Shown here piece by piece: positions 12,500 through 25,689 of a stretch of DNA of 64,000 nt (positions are counted from its first letter, which is position 1; each line of letters opens with the position of its first letter). This DNA comes from Paraspadella gotoi (lineage: Eukaryota; Animalia; Chaetognatha), in assembly GCA_051294375.1 (NCBI GenBank), contig CM119268.1, forward strand, positions 1,606,885 to 1,670,884, in the 5' to 3' direction. Position numbers and translations under genes: made by a program. The notes under the pieces are model-generated. The model was not told where the DNA came from. It saw only the letters and a list, made by a program, of their open reading frames with translations, and made no database searches.

Positions 12500-14220
12500 C
12501 TCGACATTCTGCTCGCGACACCCACGACGCCATCTCTGGATTATGAATGAGACTGCGAGACCTCTTTCCTTTTTTCTGGGTCAAAACTGACCTTTTGTTG
12601 AACGTCATCTCACAAGGATCGAAAAAAAGGGGAAAATTGGAGAAAGTTTCTCAATTATTTTGCGCACTAATCGAGTTTCCTTAAAAAGAGCCAGAAAAAA
12701 AAGTTTGGAAATATTAATATTATTAATTTATTTTTACAAGTAAATATTTTTTTTCGCTTTCAGCTGTGCTCGAAGAAATTCATTTGAATTTGGAGAAGTA
12801 ACAAAAAGATTATTAACCCAATTAAAAAACAATCTTTCTTGCTATAGTTTATGTATATAATTATGTATGTAAATTGTATAATTTCATTTTAAATTATTGA
12901 GCTCGAATCATTCCCTTGATTCCTTATCAAATTATGAAATTATGTAATTAACATTATACATAAAATCAATATTCCCGTAATCCTGGTCTTGACGGCCAAG
13001 TACTGTATTGTGAACTAGTATTGCAGTGTATTGTGAACTTTTTCCAACATCTCATATTTCACTTAATCACCGCAAACAATTTTTCAACTTACCAGAGTCG
13101 ACCATGAAAAACTGATTAAAAACACCACGGTTTTCTTGTTTACCTCTCTCTCTCTCTCTCTTTCTCTCATTCTCTCTCTCTCTCTTTCTCTCATTCTCTC
13201 TCTCTCTTTCTTTCATTCTCTCTCTCTCTTNNNNNNNNNNNNNNNNNNNNNNNNNNNNNNNNNNNNNNNNNNNNNNNNNNNNNNNNNNNNNNNNNNNNNN
13301 NNNNNNNNNNNNNNNNNNNNNNNNNNNNNNNNNNNNNNNNNNNNNNNNNNNNNNNNNNNNNNNNNNNNNNNNNNNNNNNNNNNNNNNNNNNNNNNNNNNN
13401 NNNNNNNNNNNNNNNNNNNNNNNNNNNNNNNNNNNNNNNNNNNNNNNNNNNNNNNNNNNNNNNNNNNNNNNNNNNNNNNNNNNNNNNNNNNNNNNNNNNN
13501 NNNNNNNNNNNNNNNNNNNNNNNNNNNNNNNNNNNNNNNNNNNNNNNNNNNNNNNNNNNNNNNNNNNNNNNNNNNNNNNNNNNNNNNNNNNNNNNNNNNN
13601 NNNNNNNNNNNNNNNNNNNNNNNNNNNNNNNNNNNNNNNNNNNNNNNNNNNNNNNNNNNNNNNNNNNNNNNNNNNNNNNNNNNNNNNNNNNNNNNNNNNN
13701 NNNNNNNNNNNNNNNNNNNGCGCGCGCGAACCACGCGCTCTCCATCGCGAGACCGGAGCGCCCGTCACGAATCTCATAAATCAACTTCTTCGTCGCGAAG
13801 ATAAGGAAAATGACGACGCAACGATTACGCAGCGACGGCGCAAAAAAAACAACAACGCAGCTTTCTTGCTACAATGACGCAGCAATGACGCTAAATAACG
13901 ATAACGCAAAAAATGCAGCAAGAATGCAGCAAAAATGCAGCAAGAACGCGACTACGTCAACTACGACGACGACGACGTTGCGTCGAGTGCGCAGGGACTC
14001 ACTAATGACTCGACGACGACGCACCGGGAAGTTTACCACAACTCTATCACAATTTTATCACAATTTTACCACAATTTTATCTCGGATTTAGAAAAAAAAA
14101 ATAGATGGAAACTAAAATTTTGCGTCCTCCAAGAGTCCAAGTGTCTAAGAGTTAAATTAAGTTGCGATTTAACTTATTTAAAAAAAGAAATAAAAAAGCG
14201 GAGGACGCATCCGGCATTTT

Positions 14221-14579
14221 AGTTGCGCCGCAAGTACTCGCGGAGCAACTCTATAAGTCACTTTTCGGTCGGTCGGTAGGTATGTCTGTCCGTTAGTCTG
14301 TTCTACTTACGTTAAAATTGCATATAATTCGTTTATAGTTGGTTGCTCATTTGTTAAGGTAGGAAAAAACCTTAAATCTAAGGGACTGCTAGCGCCGCCT
14401 TCAGGAAATCCTAAAACTATAAGGAATAAAAGACTCGATGCAGTGCATGTCATAAATACAAGGGCTGAGAAAGCTTTTTACTCACGTCATGTCACATCAT
14501 GTCATATCATGTGATCAAAGGGAAATACGCGTGAAAATAAAGTCACTGCGGCGCAACACATTGGAATCACCGTTCTTGT
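14221..14579 (+). mobile_element. HINE family A copy (duplicate at 22858-23210)
   Basis: Same 5' palindrome and 3' subTIR, flanked by T-runs on both sides, with no TSD. Confidence 0.75.
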
Positions 14580-15242
14580 TTTTTCTACAAAACGACGCAT
14601 CGACGCATCGAACGAATTTAATTTTAATTCCGCAATAATTTCTATTAAAAGTCGAACTAATGAAGTAGAAGTTGACGAGTTGACGATAAGAAGTTTAAAA
14701 TAAATAATTCATTTTCTCGGTTCAATGATATTATTTAAATACTAGAGGGAACCGGGCAATTTAGGTAATGAAGATTAGAAGCGAACGTTATACTATCATC
14801 ACAGATGGAATCGGAACCAAAAATAGTATCGGATAAGCAAATAATAAATGAAAAGTAAATGATAAGTAAATAATAAATGATAAGTAAAGGATAAATGAAA
14901 AATAAATGCTAAGTAAATGCTATCAACAANNNNNNNNNNNNNNNNNNNNNNNNNCATCATTCTTCTATATATCGAACTTTAAATTCTTTTTTGCAGTTAA
15001 AGTTAAATTCAAGTGAAGTTAAATCAAGTTAAATTTAATAATTAAAAGTAATTCACTGGATATAAATGTCAAGGAGATTACAATTTAATTCAGAATATTA
15101 ATATTAATTCATGGAACCTCAAGGTCACCATAATTCGAGACCCTGATCGTTACATTAAATTTCTCGCGAAACCATTGAAGACAAGGGCGGACGCCTTCAC
15201 GCCTGAGCCAAAGAGTGAGAGAGAAGAGAGAGAGAGAGAGAG

Positions 15243-15291
<49 letters not shown>

Positions 15292-15346
15292 GGAGAGGAG
15301 AGAGAGAGAGAGGGGAGGAGAGAGAGAGAGAGAAGCGAGAAGAGAG

Positions 15347-15398
<52 letters not shown>

Positions 15399-15405
15399 TG
15401 AATGG

Positions 15406-18220
15406 AAAAATGAGGGAAAAATCCGGAACTGTGCGACTTGATGAAACTAATGTGCTCAATGTAGCGAAGTTAATTTACTTTTTTTTAGTAAATTTCGCAC
15501 TTATGGTTAAAAATATAACGGGAAGTAAAATAAACCTTTTTACGCGAAAGAACGTAAAAAACACATAAATCATTTAACTAAAAAATTTTTCATTTCTCAT
15601 GGGAAAAAACGTTCCCTTTTAATTCTTAATTCTCCCTTGGGAAAAACTTATGATTTTATTTACATATTGTAGATTCATTGACTACCACTAATTTTTTAAG
15701 TTTTCTCACTGTCGCGATATCTCCCTCCTTCATTCTCCTTCTCCATCCCCTATGCCCCCCCCCCTATCTCCGCCCCTTCCCCCCACCACCGCCAACATCC
15801 GCCAAATGGGCGTGGCGGATGTCATTTCCGGCGACTTTGTTTGGGGCCGAATTTCATGAATTTCTTCGGAGTTCCGGCGGAAACCGGCGCGGGGCGGCGT
15901 CCTTGCGGCGTGGGCGGCGCTGGCGGCGCGGGTGCCGTCCTTGGCGGCGTCGAGGCCGGCGTCACTCGCGTCCTTCTGCAGTTGTCGTCCCGCGGATGTC
16001 GTTCCGATTATTGCTTTTGTCGGTCCCTTTCGGTGATGTAGTTTCGATGCTGTTGTGGTCCCTTTTTCAGATGTAGTGACTGGTGAATGGTTTTGTTCTG
16101 TTGCCGTTGTAGTCCTTTCTGCTGATGTAATATTAGTAAATGTTGTATCCCTTTTGCTGATGTATATTAGTAATGGTAGTAGTCGCTGATGTACATAGTT
16201 CCGTTGATGTTAACAGGTAGCGCAATTTAAGCCTCTCTCTCTCTCTCTCCAAACTCAAACCATGATTAAATCAAAGGTAATTAACGAGCTAAAAGCAGAG
16301 GACACCGCTGCGTCGTCGTCGTCTTCATCGTCGTCGTTATCGTTCGTCGTCGTCGTCGCTGAACTCGGCGGGCTGCGTCTCAAGGCACTCTCAATTGGCA
16401 GCCACTTTCGAAACGAGGTCGAAAACAAAGACGTTTCGACCTTTACTCGTCGTAGTCGTTCGCGTAGCGAATCTGCGGACGTAATATGGGATATGATGTT
16501 TTATTTACTCGGTTAATAAAAAGAATAAACAAGTCAAAAAATGGCGGGAAAAATAGGAAAGAAGAAAGGTTTAGAAAGAGGTAAGGGAGGGAAAGAAAGC
16601 GTGAGGCGAGGCGGAAGTGGGAGTAGGGGTGGAGAGAGTGGAGAGAGAGAGAGAGGGAGAGAGAGAGAGAAAAAAAAAAAGAGAAAGAGAGAAAGAGAGA
16701 AAAAAAAGAGAGAAGAGAGAAAAGAGAGAGGAGAGAAAGAGAGAAGAGAGAAGGAAGAAAAGGAGAGAAAGAGAGAGAGAAAGAGAGAGAGGCGAGAAAG
16801 AGAGAGAGAGGGAAAGGAAGAAGGGAGAGAGAGAGAGACAGAGGAGAGAGATAGCGTCGCGGCGGAAATGAGGATTCGAAAACGAAGCCCAAAAAAAATG
16901 ACAAATGGCGACTCCTGCTTTTTTTTCCTTTGCTTTGCTTTGCTTTTTTTTTACGCGCCGTGGCAGATTTAAAAACGGAAAATTGAAGAAGAGACTCGAA
17001 GGAGAATAGGCTCATCCGTTTTGGTTAAGCCACAAGAGGCGAGGGGTTTTCAGGGCGGAGCGGTCGTCGAATACCACATAATAATACCAAAATGAGTAAA
17101 ATATACAAAAATTTCTACGTACAAAAGAAGATTATAAACATATTATCAAGACTGTTGATTGTACTGTACATATATTACACTGTATATATGTACAGTAAAA
17201 TCAACTGTATATTATACAGTCGCTTTGTTTATTTTAAAAGTGTTTTCTCGTCAGCGGCTTCGCCCGAATTTCCTTGTTAATTTTGAAAGACAGTAATTAT
17301 TGTTATGAGGTTAGAGACAGAACCGTTCAATATAAGCAGTCCCTGAGCTTCGGATCGGGCTGTAACACCATGTTACAGCCGGTTAAGCGCCCCGTTCCTC
17401 TTAACTTGCTAGGTGATTTAGTCCACATAATTTCTACGTTTTCGTCTCTCCATTTTTTAATTGTTTCCAAAAAAGAAAAGGAAATAACAAAGTAGAAATG
17501 AAAGAGAGAAAGTTTTCTCGTCTAATATCTAATGAATTTCGCGTTTGTGATTCCGAGGTGGAATCCGATAGAGGCGCTCATACTCAAAACAAAAGATAAA
17601 AGGGAACTAAAGCGAATCAGTTTTCGTGCCGATTTGAGCTTTTATTTTTTTTTTCGGTCAACATCAGCAAATCATCGTCGATTGAAAATAACGAAAATGA
17701 GATGCAATGCGTTTTATAAATCAAAAAGAAAAATTGAAGTCGTACTAACGCTGAGATCGCGGTAGCTTAACTTTTAACTGTTTATAATGAATACCATAAT
17801 TTAACATTTTTTCAAACAATTATGATAATTCGAATATATACAGTTTTTCCCGAGTTTTCGTTTCAGAGCTAAATGAAGACACCGAAAGAGTAAATCTTAA
17901 GTATATAATTTTTTTTTATTTAAAATCTCACCATCCATCACGGCGAAGAAACGCGAAGACTGACGGCGAACTTAAAGCAAATTTGCATGTAATTAAAAAA
18001 AAAACCATGAATCCGCGAGTTTTAATTATCCATTTAATCAGGAAGGCTTCTCCGTTACTTTTCCTGGCGAAACATTAAACTTTCAGGATTTGTTTGATCG
18101 AAGATTTTTCGCGCGCGAGAGACGAAAGAAGAAGAAGAGATTCTGAATAATTTAGGCGAATCGTGGTTGACCCATTTTTGGGGGCGAAAAAGGTGACGAC
18201 GAAAAGATTGGAGTTGATTG

Positions 18221-18258
<38 letters not shown>

Positions 18259-18321
18259 ATTGATTGATTGATTAATTGAAATTATTGATGATTGATTAAT
18301 TGATTGAATTATTATTGATTT

Positions 18322-18353
<32 letters not shown>

Positions 18354-20987
18354 TTTTATTTATTTTTTATTGATTGATGATTGATGATTGATTGATTGAT
18401 TGATGATGATTTATTTATTTATTTATTATTTATTTATTGATTGATTAGCGAATTACTTACATGTTGTCATAGTGACTTATTTCGATCACAACCCTTCACC
18501 TGGACGATCCCCAATGGAAATATTGTGAAGCTTGAGGACGGCCGTAAACCGCCTGAGGCGTGGAAAACCTCAGCCCGGTTTACACGCGCAGGACCCTTTC
18601 CATTGCTGCTGAGGGCCAGAAAAGATACGGTTGAGTACTCTTGATTTATATATTTGATTGATCGATTAAAGGAATGAAATAAATAATATAAATATAAGAA
18701 TGAATGAATGAATGAATTAATGAATGAATGAATGAAATGAAAGAATGAAGAAATGATAGAATGATAAATGAATGAATGAATGAATGAATGAGTAAATAAA
18801 TATTCGACTAAAATAATTAAACTGATGAAAAAAATCAATGAGCTAAGGCTGCTTAACATTTTTACCTCAGTTTCAGTTCCCCTCGCCCCCCCACACACCC
18901 CACCCTCTTCCCCTCCCCCCGCCCTTCCGCTCTCTTTCCCCTCTCAGTGGGAGAGGCGGCGTGGGGAAAGGAATTGTCCGATATTATGGGCAGCGCAATA
19001 AATCGTTGGTTCGACCATTGGAAATCGTTCATGAGAGATGACGACGACAAGAGAAGACGAGACGACGGACGACGACGACGACGACGAGGATAGAGTAGTC
19101 TCCAGCGTTTTTTGTGGCTGACGAATCGACGTAAAAAACGCATTCATAAGGACAATTTAGAATTTTAAATTTAAATTCCAAATTCAAATTTTAAAATGTA
19201 ATATTATCGCTGATTGGTTTTGATGTGATCGGTTTGAATTTAATACATTCTTGTGATTAACAAGACATTAACTACATTTGTACTCGTTCCAAGACCAAGG
19301 CGCTGATACTTTTCTTCGCTCATCATCTCCATTAGATTCTCTTTTATTTTCGATTTTTTTTTTTCTTTATCTTTCCAGTCTTTATATTTTTTAGTTCCGC
19401 GAATACTCGCGGAGCAACTCTCTAAGTACTTTTCGGTCGGTCGGTCGGTCCTCCGTCGGTATGACTGTCCGTCGGTCTGTCCCACTTACCTAAAAATGCA
19501 TATGATTTGCCTATAGTATTTAAAAATCCTAAAACTATAAGGAATAAATACGGAATTTTTATTCAGTGCATGTCATAAATACACGGGCTAAAAAGTTATT
19601 GTAGTCAGTAGTCATTATGTCACATCTCAAAAAATACCGTGAATAGGCAGTCACTGCGGCGAAAGATTATAATTACCGTTCTTGTCAACACACTTTCACA
19701 GAGAATCAAAGTTTGGTACGGGAGGCAAGTCATTCGCCTTCAGACCAAAGGTTCGGGTTCTAGCCCCGGTGGTCGCCTAGCAGTAAGAGGACGGGCGCTT
19801 AACCCGCCTGTAACACGGTGTACAGCCTGATCCGAGCTCAGGACTGCTTATATTGAACGGTTCCGTCACTAACTCATAACCATTATTACTGTCTCTCACC
19901 TTTGTCTCTCTTCTTGCGCTCTCCTCTTTCTTTATATATAAGTCAATCTTCCAAATTCGAATTCGTTTTTTTGTTGTTTTTTTATTCCCGCGCCATCTGT
20001 GATAGAATTAATAATTTGGTGAGTGAATTGTGTGTTTTCTCTTTAAAAGTTCGACGCTTCGAACGACCGCGATATGGATAAATAAAGAAAGAAAATAAAA
20101 AAACAACAACAAAAAACAATGAGAAGGAATTCGTCGCAAATCTCCCTTTTTTGTTTATGAAGATGACGATATAAACGGTTAACGAGTTAACGGTTAACGT
20201 TAACCCCGCGCGTCTCCTCTTCGATATAGTCACGCGATGTTGCGTCGCCATGTCAACTCAGTTGAAGTGAAAACGAGGCCTTAATACTCAATAGTGACAC
20301 GTAGCGTATTTGTCTTAATTGCTTCGTCGGAAACCGTGGAAATAGATATTAAAAAAACACATCCGATCTGAAATTACTCTGTTTGATATTATTTCTCTTT
20401 AAAAATTAGCGTGTCTTGTATTGTTGTAACTGTCATGTCAATGTCGGTCCGTATATGTTCATTGTAGTGTCCCGTCATATCAATGAAACGTCATTTAATG
20501 ACGTGTCACGACATATAAATGTCGTGTCAATGTCGTGTCCGTCATGTCAATTTCGTGTCACGTCATGTCAATGTCGTGTCACGTCAATGTCGTGTTACGT
20601 CAATGTCGTGTCAACATCATGTCATTTCGTGTCATGTCATGTCAATGTCGCTCTGCTCGCGTCTCATGTCTTCAAACTGTGCTGCGCCCTCAACTTCCCC
20701 CTTTCCTCCATCTCCTCCTCCTCTATCTCCTCCTCCTCCTCCCTTTTTACCCTCTCCGCCCCCTTCTGAGCGATAATATGTTTCAGAAGTAATAGAGGAT
20801 AACGACGTCCGGTCGTCGTCGTCGTCGTCGTCGTCGTCGACTTTCCTTATTTTCGAGAACAAAGTCGATTTTCTTTTTTTATTTAAAAAAAAAAGGGAAA
20901 AAATGTGGCGACTGCCAGATGATGCCGCTCAGTGTTAATGAAAAAATTGTTGTAACGGGTCGAAGAGGAATAGGAGACCGATGCTTT

Positions 20988-21041
<54 letters not shown>

Positions 21042-21885
21042 CTGTCCTCGACATTCTGTCGCGACACCACGACGCCATCTCTGGATTATGATGAGACTGC
21101 GAGACCTCTTTCCTTTTTTCTGGGTCAAAACTGACCTTTTGTTGAACTCATCTCACAAGGATCGAAAAAAAGGGGAAAATTGGAGAGTTTCTCAAAATAT
21201 TTGCGCACTAATCGAGTTTCCTTAAAAGAGCCAGAAAAAAAAGTTTGGAAATATTAATATAATTAATTTATTTTTACAAGTAAAAATTTTTTTTTCGCTT
21301 TCAGCTGTGCTCGAAGAATTCATTTGAATTTGGAGAAGTACAAAAAGATTATTAACCCAATTAAAAAACAATCTTCTTGCTATAGTTTATGTATATAATT
21401 ATGTATGTAATTGTATAATTTCATTTAAATTATTGAGCTCGAATCATTCCCTTGATTCCTTATCAAATTATGAAATTATGTAATTAACATTATACATAAA
21501 AATCAATATTCCCGTAATCCTGGTCTTGACGGCCAAGCACTGTATTGGAACTAGTATTGCAGTGTATGTGAACTTTTTCCAACATCTCATATTTCACTTA
21601 ATCACCGCAAACAATTTTTCAACTTACAGAGTCGACCATGAAAAACTGATTAAAACCACACGGTTTCTTGTTACCTCTCTCTCTCTCTCTCTTTTCTTCC
21701 GATTCTCTCTCTCTCTCTTCTCTCATTCTCTCTCTCTCTTTCTTTCATTCTCTCTCTCTCTTCTTTCATTCTCTCTCTCTCTTTTTCTCATTCTCCTCTC
21801 TTTCTCTCATTCTCTCTCTCGCTCTCTCTTCTCTCATTCTCTCTCTCTCTCTTTCTGCATTCCTCTCTCTCTCTTTCTCTCATTC

Positions 21886-21916
<31 letters not shown>

Positions 21917-22297
21917 TTCTTCATCTCTCTCTCTCTTTTTCTCATTCTCTCTCTTTCTCTCATCTCTCTCTCGCTCTCTCTTTCTCTCATTTCTTCTCCT
22001 CTCCTTCTCTCATTCTCTCTTTCTCTCATTCTCTCTCTCTCTCTTTCTCTCATTCTCTCTCTCCTTTCTTTCAATTCTCTCTCTCTCTTTCTTTCATTCT
22101 CTCTCTCTCTTTTTCCATTCTCTCTCTTTCTCTCATTCTCTCTCTCGCTCTCTCTTTCTCTCATTCTCTCTCTCTTTCATTCTCTCGGCTCATTCTCTCT
22201 TTCTTTCTCTCTCTCTCTCTTTCATTCTTCGCTCATTCTCTCTTTCTTTCTCTCTCTCTCTCTCTCTTCTCTATTCTTTCTCTCTCTTTCTCTCCAT

Positions 22298-22354
<57 letters not shown>

Positions 22355-23560
22355 CCCTGTCGCGCGTCTCTCTCTCGCGGCGCCCGCGAACACGCGCTCT
22401 CCATCGCGAGACCGGAGCGCCCGTCCACGGATCTCATAAATCAACTTCTCGTCGCGAAGATAAGGAAAATGACGACGCAACGATTACGCAGCGACGGCGC
22501 AAAAAAAACAACAACGCAGCTTTCTGCTACAATGACGCGCAATGACGCTAAATAACGATAACGCAAAAAATGCAGCAAGAACGCGACTACGTCAACTACG
22601 ACGACGACGACGTTGCGTCGAGTGCGCAGGGACTCACTAATGACTCGACGACGAACGCACCGGGAAGTTTAACCACAACTCTATCACAATTTTATCAACA
22701 TTTTACCACAATTTTATCTCGGATTTAGAAAAAAAAAAATAGATGGAAACTAAATTTTGCGTCTCTCCAGAGTCAAGTGTCTAAGAGTTAAATTAAGGTT
22801 GCGATTTAACTTATTAAAAAAAGAAATAAAAAAGCGGAGAGACGCATCCGGCATTTTAGTTGCGGGCCGCAAGTAACTCGGAGGCAACTCTATAGGCCTT
22901 TTCGGTCGTCGGTAGGTATGTCTGTCGTTAGTCTGTTCTACTTACGTTAAATTGCATATATTCGTTTAAGTTGGTTGCTCATTTGTTAAGATAGGAAAAA
23001 ACCTTAAATCTAAGGGACTGCTAGCGCCGCTTCAGGAAATCCTAAAACTATAAGGAATAAAAGACTCGATGCAGTGCATGTCATAAATACAAGGGCTGAG
23101 AAAGCTTTTTACTCACGTCATGTCACGTCATGTCATATCATGTGATCAAAGGAAATACGCGTGAAAATAAAGTCACTGCGGCGCAACACATTGGAATCAC
23201 CGTTCTTGTTTTTTCTACAAACGACGGCATCGACGCATCGAATGAATTTAATTTTAATTCCGCAATAATTTCTATTAAAAGTCGAACTAATGAAGTAGAA
23301 GTTGACGAGTTGACGATAAGAAGTTTAAATAAATAATTCATTTTCTTGGTTCAATGATATTATTTAAATACTAAGAGGGAACCGGCAATTTAGATAATGA
23401 GATAGAAGCGAAACGTATACTAACTATCATCACAGATGGAATCGGAACCAAAAATAGTATCGGATAAGCAAATGATAAATGATAAGTAAATGATAAGTAA
23501 ATAATAAATGATAAGTAAATGATAAATGAAAAATAAATGCTAAGTAAATGCTATCAACAA
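15406..23560 (+). repeat. ~9 kb tandem segmental duplication, copy 2
   Basis: Same order of all elements. Copy 2 has called sequence across the N gaps of copy 1. Confidence 0.95.
15660..16475 (-). CDS. Second copy of the Thr/Pro-rich coding region (more frameshifts)
   Basis: Near-identical to 6510-7330 with different 1-nt indels. Confidence 0.45.
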
Positions 23561-24669
23561 TCCTAATGTCTTTGCATTAGGAGCATCATATGCAAACTTA
23601 GATCATAAATAAAATAAAAAAACCCATATATCCAAAATTAATGAATACGCAATTCCAACCCTAACAACTATTAACTATCTTAGTAATTTTTGCAAATACA
23701 TAAACTCTGAGGCGAAACCATCCACGCGTCCCTCTGGCGCCAGGGGAGAGAGATTCTCGCGGCAAAAAGTATTTTCCGCGTCTTTTGTTTCTTTAACGAC
23801 GTCGTAAAAAAGAAGAATAAAATGGAAGGGAAGTTGGCGAAGTGAATGATTCAGATTTATATTCCAAACTCGAGTTTTCCCATTATTATTTCCCGTAAAT
23901 CTTTTTTTAAATAGAAGCACATAGGCTTTTATATTTAAAAAAAAACCCCTTCCTTATCACATATTTCGGTATCAGTGGGGAGAAATTCGCCTCGTGACCC
24001 GTGTATCTTTTGGTCATTTCTTTGTGGTCATTTCTCTCTCTTTTGTGATTTTGGCCGATTTTCGACAACTAAACGTTTCTTTATTTATTATTATTTATTT
24101 ATTATTTATTTATAATTAATTTTTGTGACCGGTCCTTCAGTCGACCTGAAGAATCGTCGCTCGTGATTAAACGTCGTTTTTACGATTCATTGACTTTTGC
24201 TACTATTTTTGTCACGTCTGCTACGTCTTGTGTCACGGAGAAAATACCAGTTTTACCGTTATTGAACTCGTCTTATAGATTTCTTATAGATTTCGACGGG
24301 TGAAACCTTCGAACGACTCGTCCGCAAAGCTTGGAGACTCAAAACGTCTCTACGAATCCTCTCCATTAGATTTCGAGATTTCCCTTCCATTCTCTCGAAT
24401 ATATTAAAACGATCCGATATTGACTGGAAGCGACAACACATTCCCCATAAGTAAAAGTTAAACTTTTTCCTAAAACACATGTTACAAGATAAAGTGAAAA
24501 TAACGAAGTAAAATTTTAAAAAAAAGTTTCCTATGCCTGAGGTTTTTTTTTAAAATTGGGGCAAGAATTATCGACGAAGCAACATATGGCGCTTTGGAGC
24601 GCATTTCTTGCTTCGAGATTCGTTTAAAACTCCATGAATATTATATTACATTGCGCCGTTGTTTAATAT

Positions 24670-25325
24670 TTAAGAGGGAATCATTAAAAGAGAGAAGCAG
24701 ATGATGCAGCTCGGTGGGAAATGATGTTGTTTGGCTTCGTTCTGGAGAGGAGGTAATTCCACTTTAAATTTGTTTGCAAAACATCAGTCTGATTTGTACT
24801 TACGAAGTACAGTTTAAACTTTTACCAATTTTATAATATCATTTAACGTTTTTTGTCAGACGAATTTTAAAATAAGTATAAAAAAGATATAAATCAAATT
24901 ATTTCGTTTTAAATTTAAAGGGACCGAGAGTCGCCATGCCTCTCTGTGATTGTGAATAGCGCCCACACTTAGTGTGCCCATCAGTTCTGGGAGCTTTTTC
25001 CGGCAGTTGCCTTGCTTTCCGGAGAAGAACCCGTGACTATTGGGTCCGGGGATGAAGCCTTAAACCATTGCGCTATTACGGCGCTGATGGAAGGAACAGT
25101 CTTATCCAACGGATAGTAATATTACATCACTTCAAAGTTATAAATGAAAAGAAGAAAAATGTTATGGAGGAAAACTAAAATAGAGGTATATAATTCCAAT
25201 GATTGGCTGACAATTACTAACTGATTGACGTGGCTCAGTTTCTAAAATAGATTTGGTTGTTTTTTTTTCGATTTATGCTTACATGAAAAAAAAATCAAAA
25301 CAAAAAGAACAATTTGAGAGAAGAG

Positions 25326-25406
<81 letters not shown>

Positions 25407-25656
25407 CTTAACCAATCGACAAACCGTATAATTCGTCCATGTCGTCGTCGTAGTCGTCGTCGTCGTCGTTCATCCCGGGTCGTCCGTCGTCGTTGAAAGG
25501 CGTGCAGACCCCATTGTCTGGCGGCACCGATCTGGAATCTACGACGCGTACGAAAAGGTAACACAATACAAAATCTTCATCTCTCTCTCCTCCTTTCTCT
25601 CCAACTCACATTCACTCTCACGAGATCCACCGATACTCTTCTACACTCTCTCTCCT

Positions 25657-25689
<33 letters not shown>

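Larger units (their letters stand above)
6241..14929 (+). repeat. ~9 kb tandem segmental duplication, copy 1
   Basis: Colinear with 15406-23560 from aaaaatgagggaaaaatccgg to gctatcaacaa. Differences are mostly 1-2 nt indels. Confidence 0.95.
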
